A DNA stretch of 64,000 nt, from assembly GCA_937903325.1 (NCBI GenBank), contig CALCZR010000060.1, positions 82,404 to 146,403 of the forward strand. Direction: 5' to 3'. The first letter of the stretch is position 1, and each line of letters opens with the position of its first letter. This stretch comes from an uncultured Candidatus Saccharibacteria bacterium (GTDB lineage Bacteria; Patescibacteriota; Saccharimonadia; Saccharimonadales; AWTP1-31). Made by a program: the position numbers and the translations under genes. Shown piece by piece: positions 25,910 through 35,060 of the stretch. The notes below the pieces were generated by a model. That model did not search any database and was not told the origin of the DNA. It saw only the letters and a list, made by a program, of their open reading frames with translations.

Positions 25910-26110
25910 ATGAGTGAATCAATGCTTAATGAAGAATATATATCCGCAGCTTTGCGTTATTTGGAATTGCACGATCCTAAAAATGCAGACAGAGATTATG
26001 CTATCCAGTTGTTAGAAATGATGCAAGGTATGGCTCATGACCTAGCTAAATCAGATAATTTAAATTCTGAGACTTTTGAAAAAGCACTCAAAAAAATGAA
26101 TCAAGCTTAA
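25910..26110 (+). CDS. Small conserved protein of the recombinase module (66 aa), function unknown
   Basis: It is a paralog of 4753..4962. Confidence 0.55.
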   Translation: MSESMLNEEYISAALRYLELHDPKNADRDYAIQLLEMMQGMAHDLAKSDNLNSETFEKALKKMNQA

Positions 26111-26328
26111 AAGGGCAGGATATCCCTGGAGCTGGCACCAATAGCTTTCAGTATCCCCTCTAAGGTTAATATTGTAGGCTGAACTTCACCTCTTTCGATT
26201 TTTGCATAGTGATTAACACTAATATCTGCCTTACTGGCAACTTCTAATTGAGTAAGGTTTTTAGAAAGGCGTGCTTTCTTGATATTTTTAGATATAACGG
26301 TGATAAGTTGACTCATTAGCCTAATCAT
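26107..26328 (-). CDS. XRE-family helix-turn-helix transcriptional regulator, divergent from the T4SS operon
   Basis: The HTH signature is ..LTQLEVASKADISVNHYAKIERG.. It is a paralog of 4959..5180. Confidence 0.8.
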   Translation of the reverse strand: MIRLMSQLITVISKNIKKARLSKNLTQLEVASKADISVNHYAKIERGEVQPTILTLEGILKAIGASSRDILPF

Positions 26329-26502
26329 AGCAGATTTTTAATTGTAATTTAAACTACATTTTTTTACATAATGCTTACCAGTAGGTGCATGTTTACTTTC
26401 AAAATGACTATGGTGCTCTCTATTAACATAAGTACTACACAATATACTTGCATAAATACAAGTACTTATGCTACTTTCAACTTGTAAACAGGAGTAAGGT
26501 GT

Positions 26503-26847
26503 ATGAGAAATCGTAGAACTCTAATATTCATAGCAATGTTTGTTGCTATTGGGTTACCAATACTCCTCCCAAGCATTGCTTTTGCCCAGGGCGCAGGTGA
26601 CATCGGACAAGTTGAAAGCTTTATCCGAAATGTCATCAAGGCAATAGCAGGATTAGCCGGTCTCATAGCGACCGGCTTTTTTGTTGCAGGGGGTTTTGGG
26701 TATATAACAAGTTCCGGTAATCCAGATACCCTAGAGCGAAGTAAGAGAACATTAATTTATTCTGGGATAGGTTTATCCATAACAGTTGGGGCATTTGTCT
26801 TAAGCAATATTGTCGGTAGTATTGCGTCAAGTGCCTTTGGAGGGTAA
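26503..26847 (+). CDS. T4SS pilin-like protein (TrbC/VirB2-like small two-TM protein)
   Basis: A signal peptide ends ..SIAFAQG. Two hydrophobic helices flank ..GYITSSGNPDTLERSKR.. The gene is first in the T4SS gene row, with an AGGAG RBS. Confidence 0.6.
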   Translation: MRNRRTLIFIAMFVAIGLPILLPSIAFAQGAGDIGQVESFIRNVIKAIAGLAGLIATGFFVAGGFGYITSSGNPDTLERSKRTLIYSGIGLSITVGAFVLSNIVGSIASSAFGG

Positions 26848-26853
26848 CTCCTG

Positions 26854-28128
26854 ATGAATGAATTCGTCACTCAATTACAAGGAGCGGCGAATTCATTGGT
26901 TAGTTTTGCAGTTGTTAATTCCAATATTCAAGACTACTTGAAGCCAATAATGGTGTCCCTTATTGGGCTAGCTGGAGTAGTCTCAACTTTCTTTATTATT
27001 CTTGGCGGCATAGGGTATATGACAAGCTCAGGTAAACCTGAGAAACTAGAACACTCAAAGGTAGTCCTCAAGAACGCCATCATTGGACTTATCATAGTAA
27101 TTGCAGCTGGGACTCTGACAGCTATACTGACCAATGCTTACTCCTCAACTGCAACCACTAGTCTTGAGAACGTACCAGCACTAACACCTATTGAATCCGA
27201 AACTGGTGGCGGAGGGATTACAGAAATACTCATTAATGCCATCATCGGACTCTTTAAGCATATTATTGAAACTGCTTCAAAGCCATTTATCAGTGCGTTG
27301 GACTTTTTTACACATAGTACGCCACTCATGGTAGATAATCCGAGCGTATTTAAACTGTGGCTGACGGTTCTAGGGATAGCTAATGCCTTATTTGTACTAA
27401 CAGTAGCACTGCTTGGCTTTCACGTTATGGGAGCATCTAGTCTAGGGCTTGATGAAATAGAGTTCAAGCATATGCTGCCCAGACTAGGTGCAACTTTCTT
27501 GCTGATGAATATGTCGATCTTCCTAATAGATATGATCATCAGTCTGTCCAATGCCATGATCAATGCCGTCGAATCAGCTTACGGCACGTTATCTGTTTGG
27601 AGTGCACTTACTGGAGTTGTTGAAACGGCTGGTAGCCAGGGACTAGTAGCTCTGCTCATTATGGTTGTATTCCTAATTCTTTCAACTATCCTACTCATCT
27701 ACTACGTTATGCGTATCGTAACGCTGTATGTGGGGGCGGTTCTGGCACCGCTGGTTGCAATGCTCCAAATCCTACCTGGCTTTAAAGATTTTACGCTGAC
27801 GGCTACTAAAACCTATGTCGTGAATATCTTCGTGCTATTTGTGCATGTCATTATTCTTACTTTGTCTGCAACGCTCTTCGATAGCTTAAACAAAACAGGA
27901 TCCGAGCCTCCCTTGGACCCTGTCATGGCTATGGTTGTTGGTGTTGCAGCTTTACTAGCTCTTCTTAAAACTCAGGGACTCATGATGCAAATGAGTTATG
28001 TCAGTGTCGGGCCGAGGGCTATGCGTAAGCTTGGTGGCCAGTTCATAAACGGCGTTAGTTATACCTCGGGCAGGGTTCGTTCGGTTAAGAATATTCGTAA
28101 CGTAAAACCAGTGAAAGGCTATAAATGA
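26854..28128 (+). CDS. Polytopic T4SS channel protein (VirB6/TrbL-like) with an N-terminal pilin-like module
   Basis: Residues ~30-90 (LIGLAGVVSTFFIILGGIGYMTSSGKPEKLEHSK..) repeat the pilin of 26503..26847. Roughly six more TM helices follow. Confidence 0.6.
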   Translation: MNEFVTQLQGAANSLVSFAVVNSNIQDYLKPIMVSLIGLAGVVSTFFIILGGIGYMTSSGKPEKLEHSKVVLKNAIIGLIIVIAAGTLTAILTNAYSSTATTSLENVPALTPIESETGGGGITEILINAIIGLFKHIIETASKPFISALDFFTHSTPLMVDNPSVFKLWLTVLGIANALFVLTVALLGFHVMGASSLGLDEIEFKHMLPRLGATFLLMNMSIFLIDMIISLSNAMINAVESAYGTLSVWSALTGVVETAGSQGLVALLIMVVFLILSTILLIYYVMRIVTLYVGAVLAPLVAMLQILPGFKDFTLTATKTYVVNIFVLFVHVIILTLSATLFDSLNKTGSEPPLDPVMAMVVGVAALLALLKTQGLMMQMSYVSVGPRAMRKLGGQFINGVSYTSGRVRSVKNIRNVKPVKGYK

Positions 28129-28628
28129 AAACCACAATAGTTCCAGCTCAGATCACTAGTGTTGAGGATAAGATTGCCGGTAACTTATCCTTCACTCAAT
28201 TACTTTTACTCATATCTCCTGTGTTCTTAGGAGGGGCTAGCTTTGTGTTTTTGCCCTCGTTTTTGAAGTTCGAAAACTACAAAGTAGCTATAGCAGGAAT
28301 AATAGCGGTTATATGTTTGGTTTTAGCTGTACGGATAAAGACCAAGCTGGTCTTAGAATGGCTGGTTATTGCTAGTCGTTACAACTCGAGGCCAAGATAT
28401 TATGTCTTTAATAAGAATAGTACTGTTGGAAGGTCGGAGTACAGGGTTCGGAAAGATGCACCAGAGACTGAAGTTAAAAAGATTAAGGAAGATGAAGTTA
28501 TAACCTATGCTTTTAAACATAGTGAGGTGCTTAGCTTTGAAAGTGTCATAAATAATCCCCAGGCTGACTTTCATTTTCTAACAGATAAGAAAGGAGCTTT
28601 ACGTGTCCATTTTAAAGAAGTCGAATAA
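28125..28628 (+). CDS. PrgI/VirB3-like small membrane protein
   Basis: The N-terminus is ..VPAQITSVEDKIAGNLSFTQLLLL.. followed by two TM helices. It sits directly upstream of VirB4 and overlaps both neighbouring genes. Confidence 0.5.
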   Translation: MKTTIVPAQITSVEDKIAGNLSFTQLLLLISPVFLGGASFVFLPSFLKFENYKVAIAGIIAVICLVLAVRIKTKLVLEWLVIASRYNSRPRYYVFNKNSTVGRSEYRVRKDAPETEVKKIKEDEVITYAFKHSEVLSFESVINNPQADFHFLTDKKGALRVHFKEVE

Positions 28629-29214
28629 ACCAAATAGCTCTAGGACACAAATTCGTATCAAAGGTGTACGTGACGGAGTATTACTACTTCCTGGATCGAA
28701 ATACCGAACTGTACTAGAAAGTTCATCAATAAACTTTGAGCTAATGAGCGAAGAAGAACAAGATGCCCTAATTGATGCCTATCAGAGTTTTCTAAACTCA
28801 CTTTCGAGTGATATCCAAATTATGATTAGAGTCCGAGAGCTCGATATGGATAAATATCTTGAAGGATTTAAAACTAGAGTAGAAAGCGAAGATCACGATA
28901 TCTATAAATCTCAGGCTAAAGACTATATTAAGTTTATTAATGGTCTAGTAGTGAGCAACAAGATACTAACTCGTAAGTTCTATATTGTCATTCCGTATGA
29001 CTCTAAAGATGCAGAGTTTAGTGAAGCAGTCGAACAACTCAAACAAACCAGCGATATGGTCGCCAAAGGACTAGGCAAACTCGGTATGCAGGTTAGAAAA
29101 CTGTCATCACTAGAAGTACTTGATCTTTTCTATAGCTTCTATTCACCTGGACAAGCTAAGCGACAGCCACTCAGAGAACAAACCATTAAGTTACTACAGG
29201 AGTCATATTTATGA
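28603..29214 (+). CDS. VirB4 N-terminal-domain-like protein (separate ORF)
   Basis: ..IRIKGVRDGVLLLPGSKYRTVLESSSINFELMSEEEQDALIDAYQSFLNSL.. resembles the N-terminal domain of Gram-positive VirB4/TrsE-type ATPases. It is coupled to the next ORF through an ATGA overlap. Confidence 0.5.
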   Translation: MSILKKSNKPNSSRTQIRIKGVRDGVLLLPGSKYRTVLESSSINFELMSEEEQDALIDAYQSFLNSLSSDIQIMIRVRELDMDKYLEGFKTRVESEDHDIYKSQAKDYIKFINGLVVSNKILTRKFYIVIPYDSKDAEFSEAVEQLKQTSDMVAKGLGKLGMQVRKLSSLEVLDLFYSFYSPGQAKRQPLREQTIKLLQESYL

Positions 29215-30980
29215 GATCTATAACGTTAAATTCGGTCAAAGACAAAGTAGCAAGTATTAGGAATAAAGATGAAGTTAAAAGCTACGCTCTGGATTATGGC
29301 GAACAAGATCCGATGGATATCATTAGCTACTCAGGGCTTGAAGAACAACCAAGCTACTTAGTTATTGATGGCCGTTATGTCCGTACCCTCTTTATTTCTG
29401 GCTATCCATTTGTGGCCAGTTCTGGTTGGCTTAATTCTCTAGTGAATTTTAATAGCAATATAGATATTAGTTACCATATTTCCCAAGTTGAAGCGACCAA
29501 GGCACTACCGAAACTTAACCGTAAAATAACAGAACTTGAGAGCACCAAACGGACGATGATTAAAGCCGGAAAGATTGTCGGGCCGGAAGTGACTGATCCG
29601 CTTGAGTCGGCCATGGAGCTACGAGATAAGATTCAGCGTGGGCAGGAAATGCTCTTTCAAACTTCAATCTATATCTGTCTATCCGCAGACAACCTAGTTG
29701 AATTAGACAAACTAACCAAACTGCTAGAAAATACATTATCCTCTCGGCTTTTCTTCACAAAAGTAGCTCGTTACCAACAAATTGAAGGTTTACAGTCTAC
29801 ATTGCCTCGAGCCGAAGATATTTTATCTCAGCGCCGCAACTTAGATAGTAGCTCAGCAGCCATAACCTTTCCGTTTATGAGCAGTGAGCTTGTGCACGAA
29901 CAAGGTATCCTATACGGAGTAAATAAGTCTAATAACTCACTAGTAATCCTAGATAGATTTGCGCTCAATAATGCCAACTCGATTGTCTTTGCACAAAGTG
30001 GCTCGGGCAAAAGTTATGCCACTAAAGTAGAGATTCTGCGCCAGCTTATGCAGGGAGTGAATGTCATAGTTATTGATCCTGAACGGGAATATAAGCTGTT
30101 GAGCGATTCCGTTATGGGATCGTACGTAAAACTGGCTACGAACTCTAAACAGAAGATTAATCCTTTCGATATTTCTGCAACAACTACTGGTTCAAATATG
30201 AAACTAGATTTATCTGAACATATTCAAGATTTAACCGAAATTGTTAGCTTAATGGTTGAGGGGCTCGATGCCAAAGAAAAAGCTACACTAGATAAAGCTC
30301 TACTTGGTCTTTACACAAAAGATACAAAGAAAGCTAAGCTAGCCTCACCACCCTTACTTGAGGATTTATATATAGCTGTCAGAGGTCTGGGAAGTACTGA
30401 TCTTTGTGTACGACTAGAAAAATATATCTCAGGTTCTCTAGCTAATGTCTTTAACTCGCAATCTAATATTGACCTGAATAATCGCCTAATTGTTTTCGAT
30501 ATTAAAGATATGCCCGAAAGCATGCGCCAGCTGATGATATTAATCGTCAGTAACTTTGTACAAAACGAAGTGAATTCTAACACGAAGAAACGACTACTTG
30601 TTATAGATGAGGGCTGGTTATTACTTGAACACGAGGAATCCGCTCGCTTTATTGCAGGATTGGTTCGAAGGGCTCGTAAGTATTACTTAGGGGTGTCGAT
30701 TATATCCCAACAAGCTAACGATTTTCTTAAAAATGATTATGGTCGAGCTATAGCCTCACAATCTGCCCTTCGAATACTCATGAAACAAGACACTACTACA
30801 ATTAAAAATGTAACGTCACAGTTTGGCCTAAGTGAATATGAAAATAACTTCTTACTGACTTGCGATAAAGGTGAAGCCCTGATTATTGCAGATAAAAACC
30901 ATGTAGCGGTTAAAGTAGTGGCTTCAAAGAAAGAACACCCGCTTATTACGACTAATCCGAGCGAGATATATAATTTATGA
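29211..30980 (+). CDS. virB4: VirB4-family T4SS ATPase (C-terminal ATPase part)
   Basis: Walker A is AQSGSGKSYATK and Walker B is LLVIDEGWLLL. RKYYLGVSIISQ follows. Confidence 0.85.
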   Translation: MRSITLNSVKDKVASIRNKDEVKSYALDYGEQDPMDIISYSGLEEQPSYLVIDGRYVRTLFISGYPFVASSGWLNSLVNFNSNIDISYHISQVEATKALPKLNRKITELESTKRTMIKAGKIVGPEVTDPLESAMELRDKIQRGQEMLFQTSIYICLSADNLVELDKLTKLLENTLSSRLFFTKVARYQQIEGLQSTLPRAEDILSQRRNLDSSSAAITFPFMSSELVHEQGILYGVNKSNNSLVILDRFALNNANSIVFAQSGSGKSYATKVEILRQLMQGVNVIVIDPEREYKLLSDSVMGSYVKLATNSKQKINPFDISATTTGSNMKLDLSEHIQDLTEIVSLMVEGLDAKEKATLDKALLGLYTKDTKKAKLASPPLLEDLYIAVRGLGSTDLCVRLEKYISGSLANVFNSQSNIDLNNRLIVFDIKDMPESMRQLMILIVSNFVQNEVNSNTKKRLLVIDEGWLLLEHEESARFIAGLVRRARKYYLGVSIISQQANDFLKNDYGRAIASQSALRILMKQDTTTIKNVTSQFGLSEYENNFLLTCDKGEALIIADKNHVAVKVVASKKEHPLITTNPSEIYNL

Positions 30981-31390
30981 AACTACTGTTTTGGTTATAT
31001 CGATCTAGCTCGACTGAGTTCAAGATAGTTCTAATTACTTTAGTGGTGCTTATAACCTTACCAACCTTTACGATTGTAGTTGCGGCTGCCTCTGGGGCAA
31101 GTATTGTTGGCAATGCCCTAGCTTTAGTCAACCCAGTAACTAGGCTGGTTGAACTATTTGATACGAATGGTAATAAAGTAGGAGATGTTGAGCTTTCCGT
31201 TAACTGGCCAGTGCGCGGTGTGGTAACCGATGAATTTGGCACTCATGAACAGTGGCGTACATTACTCGGACTTGGAGTACATAGTGGCATAGATATTGGA
31301 GTTAAAAAAGGTACACCAATCACTCCGTTCATGGTGGGGAATATCCTATCTGTCGATAATATAGATGATTCGTCTTGTGTCAACCTCTAA
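30977..31390 (+). pseudogene. M23 (LytM-type) peptidoglycan hydrolase, 3'-truncated by the IS element
   Basis: There is an N-terminal TM helix. The M23 start is ..WPVRGVVTDEFG...HSGIDIGVKKGTPI.. The reading frame runs into the IS terminus at 31376 and stops after 4 codons. The distal HxH region is missing. Confidence 0.7.
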
Positions 31391-32290
31391 CTTTCTGCAA
31401 CACTCTTTCTTTTCTTCGCGCCGGTAGGCGCATGAGTCTGGCTGCGTAAGCTGCCGGGCTCATCTTTAGGGCGGTGTGGATACGTTTAGTGTTGTAGTAG
31501 AAGATTTGTAGGGCAATGGCTTCATGGAGCTGGGAGATATCTTTGAGCTTAGTGTGGTCACCGACTTCTAGTTTAAAGCCACCAAACCAACGCTCCATGA
31601 AGCCGTTCTGCCACGGGCTGCCGCGCTTGCTGGCACTGAGCGTTATTTCCATCTTGGCGCACAGGTCTCGGTGTTTGTAGCTCAAGTACTCACTTCCTTG
31701 GTCACTGTGCAAGATGGTTGGAGCGTGGTGTTTACTCAGAGCGTCTAGTACTGCTTCGTACGTCAGCTCACTGCTGTGGCGGCTTCCCAGCCGCCAGCCA
31801 ACAATTTGCCTGGTTCCTAGGTCAAGTACGCCCGCCAGGTAGTAGTACGAGCCTTGGAACTTGAGGTAGGTAAAGTCCTGAGCCCAAGCACCACTTCTGG
31901 TCATGCCACTGTAGTCCATGCCAGCCTGTGGTTTAGCCTTGTCCTTGAATGTAGCGTAGCTAGCAAGCGCATTAGCTGGTGCTGGTATCTCAGGCTTACC
32001 ACCTCGGCGGTAGCGGTGCTTCTTGTTGGCAGTCGGTACGACAACCCCAGCCAGAGTGCGAATACGCCTGGTCTTGGTCTCACTCCAGCCTAGGTGAATA
32101 GCCAGCCGAGCAACCCCGTAGAAGGGATGCTCGGCATGGACAGCACGCAGTGCTGCCATGTCCCACTCGTCTTTAACCTTTTGCTTGGTAGCCCTCCGGT
32201 AGTAGTGAGTACGACTGACACCAAGACGGTCGGCAAATTGTTTACGCCATCTTGGTTCGACCTCGTCCAGGACAGCTAGCCTTTTGGGCG
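31380..32290 (-). CDS. IS3-family transposase OrfB (DDE integrase core), expressed as OrfAB by -1 frameshift
   Basis: The rve-type core is ..WAQDFTYL...LHSDQGSEYLS...PWQNGFMERWF.. The frame is -1 relative to orfA. The apparent N-terminus MAQRGCRRW.. in the ORF track is out-of-context read-through of the overlap. Confidence 0.85.
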
Positions 32291-32533
32291 CTGAGCGTCT
32301 GCTGTGAATCTGCCAATGATTCGGTAGGCAATCTCCAGTTCTTTCTTGAGCCGGTTGTTCTCGAGGATGAGGTTGCGGTTGCCATCTACGACACCCTCTT
32401 TGAGCCAAGCGTAGATAGTTTGGGAGCTAAAGCCGTATGTGGCACCTGCAACCGCAACACTCATGCCCTCGTCGCGGATCTTACCAACAATCTCACGTTT
32501 CAGTTTTGGGTCAGTGGGCTTACCTTTTGCCAT
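32276..32533 (-). CDS. IS3-family transposase OrfA (HTH)
   Basis: The 85-aa product contains an HTH plus a leucine-zipper-like LILENNRLKKELE. It ends just after the slippery site. Confidence 0.8.
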   Translation of the reverse strand: MAKGKPTDPKLKREIVGKIRDEGMSVAVAGATYGFSSQTIYAWLKEGVVDGNRNLILENNRLKKELEIAYRIIGRFTADAQRPKG

Positions 32534-32646
32534 GTCAAACAGTCCTTTCTAGAGCACAGCGGGCTACCGCCCGCAGTGCTCCTAATTTAACAGATTAAGC
32601 CGATTCTAGAATAGACTGAGTGTTGATTATATGTGGAGGGTGACAA

Positions 32647-33053
32647 ACGTTGGTACTATAGTTGGCTTTAGATCTAAAAGCCCAGCCACCGAACAACTAT
32701 TACTCCATCAATTTAGTCCACAAGTAGAACAAGGAGAAATATTAAACATACCCTCGTACAACTTCTATATTAAGATTGCCGCTTTGCAGTCCCATGAACC
32801 TATGTCAGGGGAGACGTTACTACTTGATAATGAACCCAGCCCAGAAATAGCTGAAACTGTTATTGCTATTTCAAGAGAGAAGTATGCGATTAAGTATGGG
32901 GATAAAGTTGAAGACAGGAATGATGGAACTAAGAAGGACGAACCAGGCAAAAAGAGCAAGTCGAAGAATAACGATAATAATATTAAAGCTAGTAAATCAG
33001 GAGAGGAAGATAAGTCTGTAGACGATTTCGACGTGCCCGATGTTAACGCCTAA
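32647..33053 (+). pseudogene. Coupling-protein (VirD4/TraG-like) C-terminal stub, ~135 aa
   Basis: NVGTIVGFRSKSPATEQLLLHQFSP...YNFYIKIAALQSHEPMSGETLLL aligns with the last ~135 aa of 7931..10627. Nucleotide homology starts at AACGTTGGTAC, right at the IS end. Confidence 0.8.
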
Positions 33054-33062
33054 ATCATTATT

Positions 33063-35060
33063 CTAGTTCCTAGAATTTATACCAGCTCGTTTTATTGCAT
33101 ACACCGCACCAATAATGACAAGTGTTGCAATAGCGGATACTAATCGTACACTCTGTCCTGTATTAGCTAGATTGCCGCCATTCGAATTATTGTTAGTATT
33201 AGTGTCGTCGCTAATTATGGCGGCCATTATCGTTTGGTCGCCCAATATTGCGCTGAATTCACTTGTGGAACCAAAACCATCCGTTGAAGCATCTTTTTCG
33301 GTCGTAGTAGCTGTAATGGCATAACTACCGTCTGAGAAGGTCGTAGGAATAGTAAGTGTAGCTATTTCTCCAGCTACACTAGCCGCAATGTCTTTGCTTC
33401 CAAGGTAAAATTCACCTTGGCCATATCCATTTATGTCTGCTGAGCTATTTGCATAGAACTCGATTCTGTAACCATTAGTTGCAGTATCATCTACATCTAA
33501 ATCAAAATCAATAATTAGGCTACCCTTGGTTGCGGAAGTGGAGTTTACAACAGGGAAATTCAGGTAGTCATTTGAGCCAGTGTCAATATCGTTAGCGTCA
33601 TTTAGATTTGGCCCCAAATCTGTGTCAGGAGACCGATCGCCATTTGAGTCATCTACAAGATCAATTCCCATAACCGAATTGTTATATATGCTATTGCCAA
33701 TTAGAGTATTACTGTCTGGCACTAATGAAGCTATAGAAATAGCGTTTACAGAAATTCCAGTTTGATTATAAGCAATTGTGTTGGCTTCAGTGGTATTTGT
33801 TCCCCCAATAATATTGTCAGCTGCTGAAGCTGCAATAATTATACCTGAAGGACTACCAACTACGCCATCACTACCATCCACAAGTGCACCTATCTTGTTA
33901 GATTGAACCACGTTAAAGTCTCCTAACACTGCCATGCCGGCATAGCCATTTCCAGAAATTACATTGTCTATAATTGAACTATTGTCACTTGATAAATACA
34001 CACCTAGTAATGAATTCCCAATACTAGCATCACCTGAAGCGTTTAACCCAATTATATTACCAATAATGTCGACTGAATCACCTTGAACTGCTAACCCGTT
34101 ATAATTTCCGGAGACAACATTAGTTGAACCAAATTCGGTACCGCCGATGAGAATATCTGAGGCGCCACTGCCCGAAATTCCCACACCAGAGTCTTCATTC
34201 CCAAGGCTTGATAAACCCGTTGAGTCAATTCCAATATAGTTACCTTGTACAGTCCAATTAATGCTTCCACCAGATATTGCTATGCCTTCGTTTCCATTAG
34301 AACCTCCGCTGTCGTTATTATCAGAGATAAGATTACGTTCACTCGGCAATAAGCCACCAACTCTAATATCATCACTAGTAAGTTCTGACCTACTTCCTAT
34401 CCCCCTGGAGCCATTGCCTTTGCCTATTATTCCCGTTGGATCAGTTCCGATATAATTACCTGTTATAATTATCTCGTCAGCCCCCTGCAGTGCTATACCG
34501 TCTCCCGGAAAGCTATTTATAACCAAGCCAGAAAATATAGAATCGTTCACGTTTGCCGACAAATTTAATCCATTTCCAGTTGCACCCCCGATATTGCTAC
34601 CATCAATTTCAATTAAAAGCACTCCATTCATAGGTTCTGGAGCGTTAGAAGAGTTAGGTTGAGCACCAGGCTGTGAATAACCATTGACTATAGTTGTTTC
34701 AGTAATTATAGGAAGTTGCGTACTAGGAAATATCGTGTATCCACTCTGTCCGCTGATGGTAAAGTCTGGCGCACCAGAAATGTTAAAATTAATCGTAGAA
34801 GTATCAGCATTTGAATTGGCTTCCTCGATCGCCGCTCTTAATGTACAGTTACCAACTCCATCATTGCATTGGCCATCGCCTACATTATTATCGACGCTAT
34901 CTAACGTTGAGTCGACTGTAATTCCATTTGATAGATCTATGTCTGCTGCTCGTGTAGACTCCGGGTTCAAGAGGAAGACGACAACAATAGCCAAAATAAC
35001 GACAGTGAAATATCTAAAAAAATTACGTATTATATTGGACTTTCTAAAATCTGCTATCAT
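33063..35060 (-). CDS. Wall-anchored beta-helix surface protein (665 aa), LANTG sorting signal
   Basis: An N-terminal TM/signal is present. It is colinear with the N-terminal half of 16493..19981 (..CTLRAAIEEANSN.., ..VNGYSQPGAQPN..). The C-terminus is LANTG plus a hydrophobic stretch plus a basic tail. Confidence 0.75.
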   Translation of the reverse strand: MIADFRKSNIIRNFFRYFTVVILAIVVVFLLNPESTRAADIDLSNGITVDSTLDSVDNNVGDGQCNDGVGNCTLRAAIEEANSNADTSTINFNISGAPDFTISGQSGYTIFPSTQLPIITETTIVNGYSQPGAQPNSSNAPEPMNGVLLIEIDGSNIGGATGNGLNLSANVNDSIFSGLVINSFPGDGIALQGADEIIITGNYIGTDPTGIIGKGNGSRGIGSRSELTSDDIRVGGLLPSERNLISDNNDSGGSNGNEGIAISGGSINWTVQGNYIGIDSTGLSSLGNEDSGVGISGSGASDILIGGTEFGSTNVVSGNYNGLAVQGDSVDIIGNIIGLNASGDASIGNSLLGVYLSSDNSSIIDNVISGNGYAGMAVLGDFNVVQSNKIGALVDGSDGVVGSPSGIIIAASAADNIIGGTNTTEANTIAYNQTGISVNAISIASLVPDSNTLIGNSIYNNSVMGIDLVDDSNGDRSPDTDLGPNLNDANDIDTGSNDYLNFPVVNSTSATKGSLIIDFDLDVDDTATNGYRIEFYANSSADINGYGQGEFYLGSKDIAASVAGEIATLTIPTTFSDGSYAITATTTEKDASTDGFGSTSEFSAILGDQTIMAAIISDDTNTNNNSNGGNLANTGQSVRLVSAIATLVIIGAVYAIKRAGINSRN

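Larger units (their letters stand above)
31376..32645 (-). mobile_element. IS3-family insertion sequence (~1.27 kb) with orfA/orfB and a -1 frameshift site
   Basis: The imperfect terminal repeats are TGTGTCAACCTC.. (left) and ..GGAGGGTGACA (right, TG..CA ends). An HTH orfA and a DDE/rve orfB are present. The slippery heptamer C_CCA_AAA lies at 32288..32282. The flanks are a truncated M23 gene and a truncated coupling-protein gene. Confidence 0.85.

Noticed and set aside
31380-32408. Independent 342-aa transposase starting MAQRGCRRWQ...
   Set aside because: The first ~40 codons are simply the -1 frame of orfA. The slippery C_CCA_AAA at the overlap indicates the usual IS3 OrfAB frameshift product.
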